Positions 63,135 to 64,000 of a stretch of 64,000 nucleotides of DNA are shown in pieces. A program made the translations under genes and the position numbers. Within the stretch, counting starts at the first letter, position 1. Each line of letters starts with the position of its first letter. The notes beneath the pieces were generated by a model, which was not told the origin of the DNA, did not search any database, and saw only the letters and a program-made list of their open reading frames with translations. Source of the DNA: Acidobacteriota bacterium (GTDB taxonomy: Bacteria; Acidobacteriota; UBA6911; RPQK01; JAJDTT01); the NCBI GenBank assembly GCA_965263035.1, contig OZ253580.1, positions 2,656,001 to 2,720,000 on the forward strand, read 5' to 3'.

Positions 63135-63180
63135 GACGGCGAGGTCTGCCGTGTGCGGGCCGGTTTACGTCCGGGTTCAA

Positions 63181-63277
63181 CAGCCCGTGGCAAAAGTCAT
63201 CACGGCATTCGACCGTTCCTGCATCCCGGCGGGCGCAGGAACGGTCTCGGTGCTCGCGGGACTTTCACCACGGACTG
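63181..63277 (+). mobile_element. MITE family A, copy 5 (97-bp short form) between rpsH and rplF
   Basis: Same TIRs; lacks the 61-nt central segment bounded by CCGGCGG in copy 2. Confidence 0.9.
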
Positions 63278-63299
63278 TAAAGATTGTGAGTAAGACGTC

Positions 63300-63860
63300 A
63301 TGTCGCGCGTAGGAAAAATGCCCATCCCCATTCCCAGCGGGGTGAAGATTTCGGTTTTGGAGAGTCAGGTTCGCGTGCAAGGGCCGCGGGGAACCATGTC
63401 CACCGCGGTGCCGCGAGGAATCACCGCCGCCGTGGAGAACGGCGAGCTTCGAGTCCGGAGGGGCGGAGACGACAAGACGTCCCGGGCTCTCCACGGGTTG
63501 GCTCGGTCGCTGCTGGCGAATTCGGTGACGGGCGTCACCCAAGGCTTCCGCAAGGAGCTGGACATCGTCGGCATTGGTTTTCGTGCGGAGCTTCGAGGAA
63601 AGATTCTGACCCTGTCGCTGGGATTTTCCCATACCATCGATTTCCCCGTGCCGGAAGGCATCAACATCCGCGTCGAGCGGGCCGGCCGCCAGATTCAGAA
63701 TTACGTCACGACGATACTGGTGGAAGGGGTTGACAAGTACCGTGTCGGACAGGTTGCCGCCAATATCCGGGCCCTGAAGCGGCCGGATGCATACAAGGGG
63801 AAGGGGATTCGGTACAGGAACGAGCAGATTCACCTGAAGGTGGGCAAGAAGGGAGCCTGA
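63300..63860 (+). CDS. rplF: 50S ribosomal protein L6
   Basis: MSRVGKMPI and [11 protein letters not shown]. Confidence 0.98.
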   Translation: MSRVGKMPIPIPSGVKISVLESQVRVQGPRGTMSTAVPRGITAAVENGELRVRRGGDDKTSRALHGLARSLLANSVTGVTQGFRKELDIVGIGFRAELRGKILTLSLGFSHTIDFPVPEGINIRVERAGRQIQNYVTTILVEGVDKYRVGQVAANIRALKRPDAYKGKGIRYRNEQIHLKVGKKGA

Positions 63861-63865
63861 GGGGA

Positions 63866-64000
63866 ATGGCGAAGAAGGCGAGTCGGGCTTATCGAAGGAC
63901 CAGGATCCACCAGCGGATCCGGAAGGCGCTGTCGGGAACGGCCGAGCGTCCCCGTCTTTGTGTCTTTCGCAGCCTGAAACACATGTATGCCCAGATTATC
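63866..64000 (+). CDS. rplR: 50S ribosomal protein L18 (partial, runs off the window)
   Basis: [29 protein letters not shown]. Confidence 0.95.
   Translation, partial: MAKKASRAYRRTRIHQRIRKALSGTAERPRLCVFRSLKHMYAQII

Overview
GC-rich bacterial chromosomal segment, probably Acidobacteriota (inferred from gene content and protein style). Housekeeping content: comM, hemE, sucCD-ndk, ypdA-der, ihf-merR-tRNA-Pro, LPS core/lipid A genes (waaA-lpxK-waaF-waaC), RNase P RNA, and the str-S10-spc ribosomal cluster (rpsL to a partial rplR). Many Tat-exported or carbohydrate-catabolic enzymes and four tRNAs (Lys-CTT, Val-CAC, Pro-GGG, Ala-CGC) are also present. Unusual structure: (1) a ~158-bp palindromic MITE family in 5 copies plus 1 orphan end, one copy inserted in the P3 loop of the RNase P RNA; (2) an islet around tRNA-Ala (~37.6-43.6 kb) built from truncated toxin-antitoxin, helicase and peptidase fragments, with three junctions marked by the same 32-bp hairpin sequence; (3) a second, AT-rich MITE disrupting hicB beside an intact hicA whose GSH motif reads RSH; (4) a fused EutB-EutC ethanolamine ammonia-lyase with a Tat-like signal, split by a 1-nt frameshift. 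All calls come from manual reading; no database searches were run.
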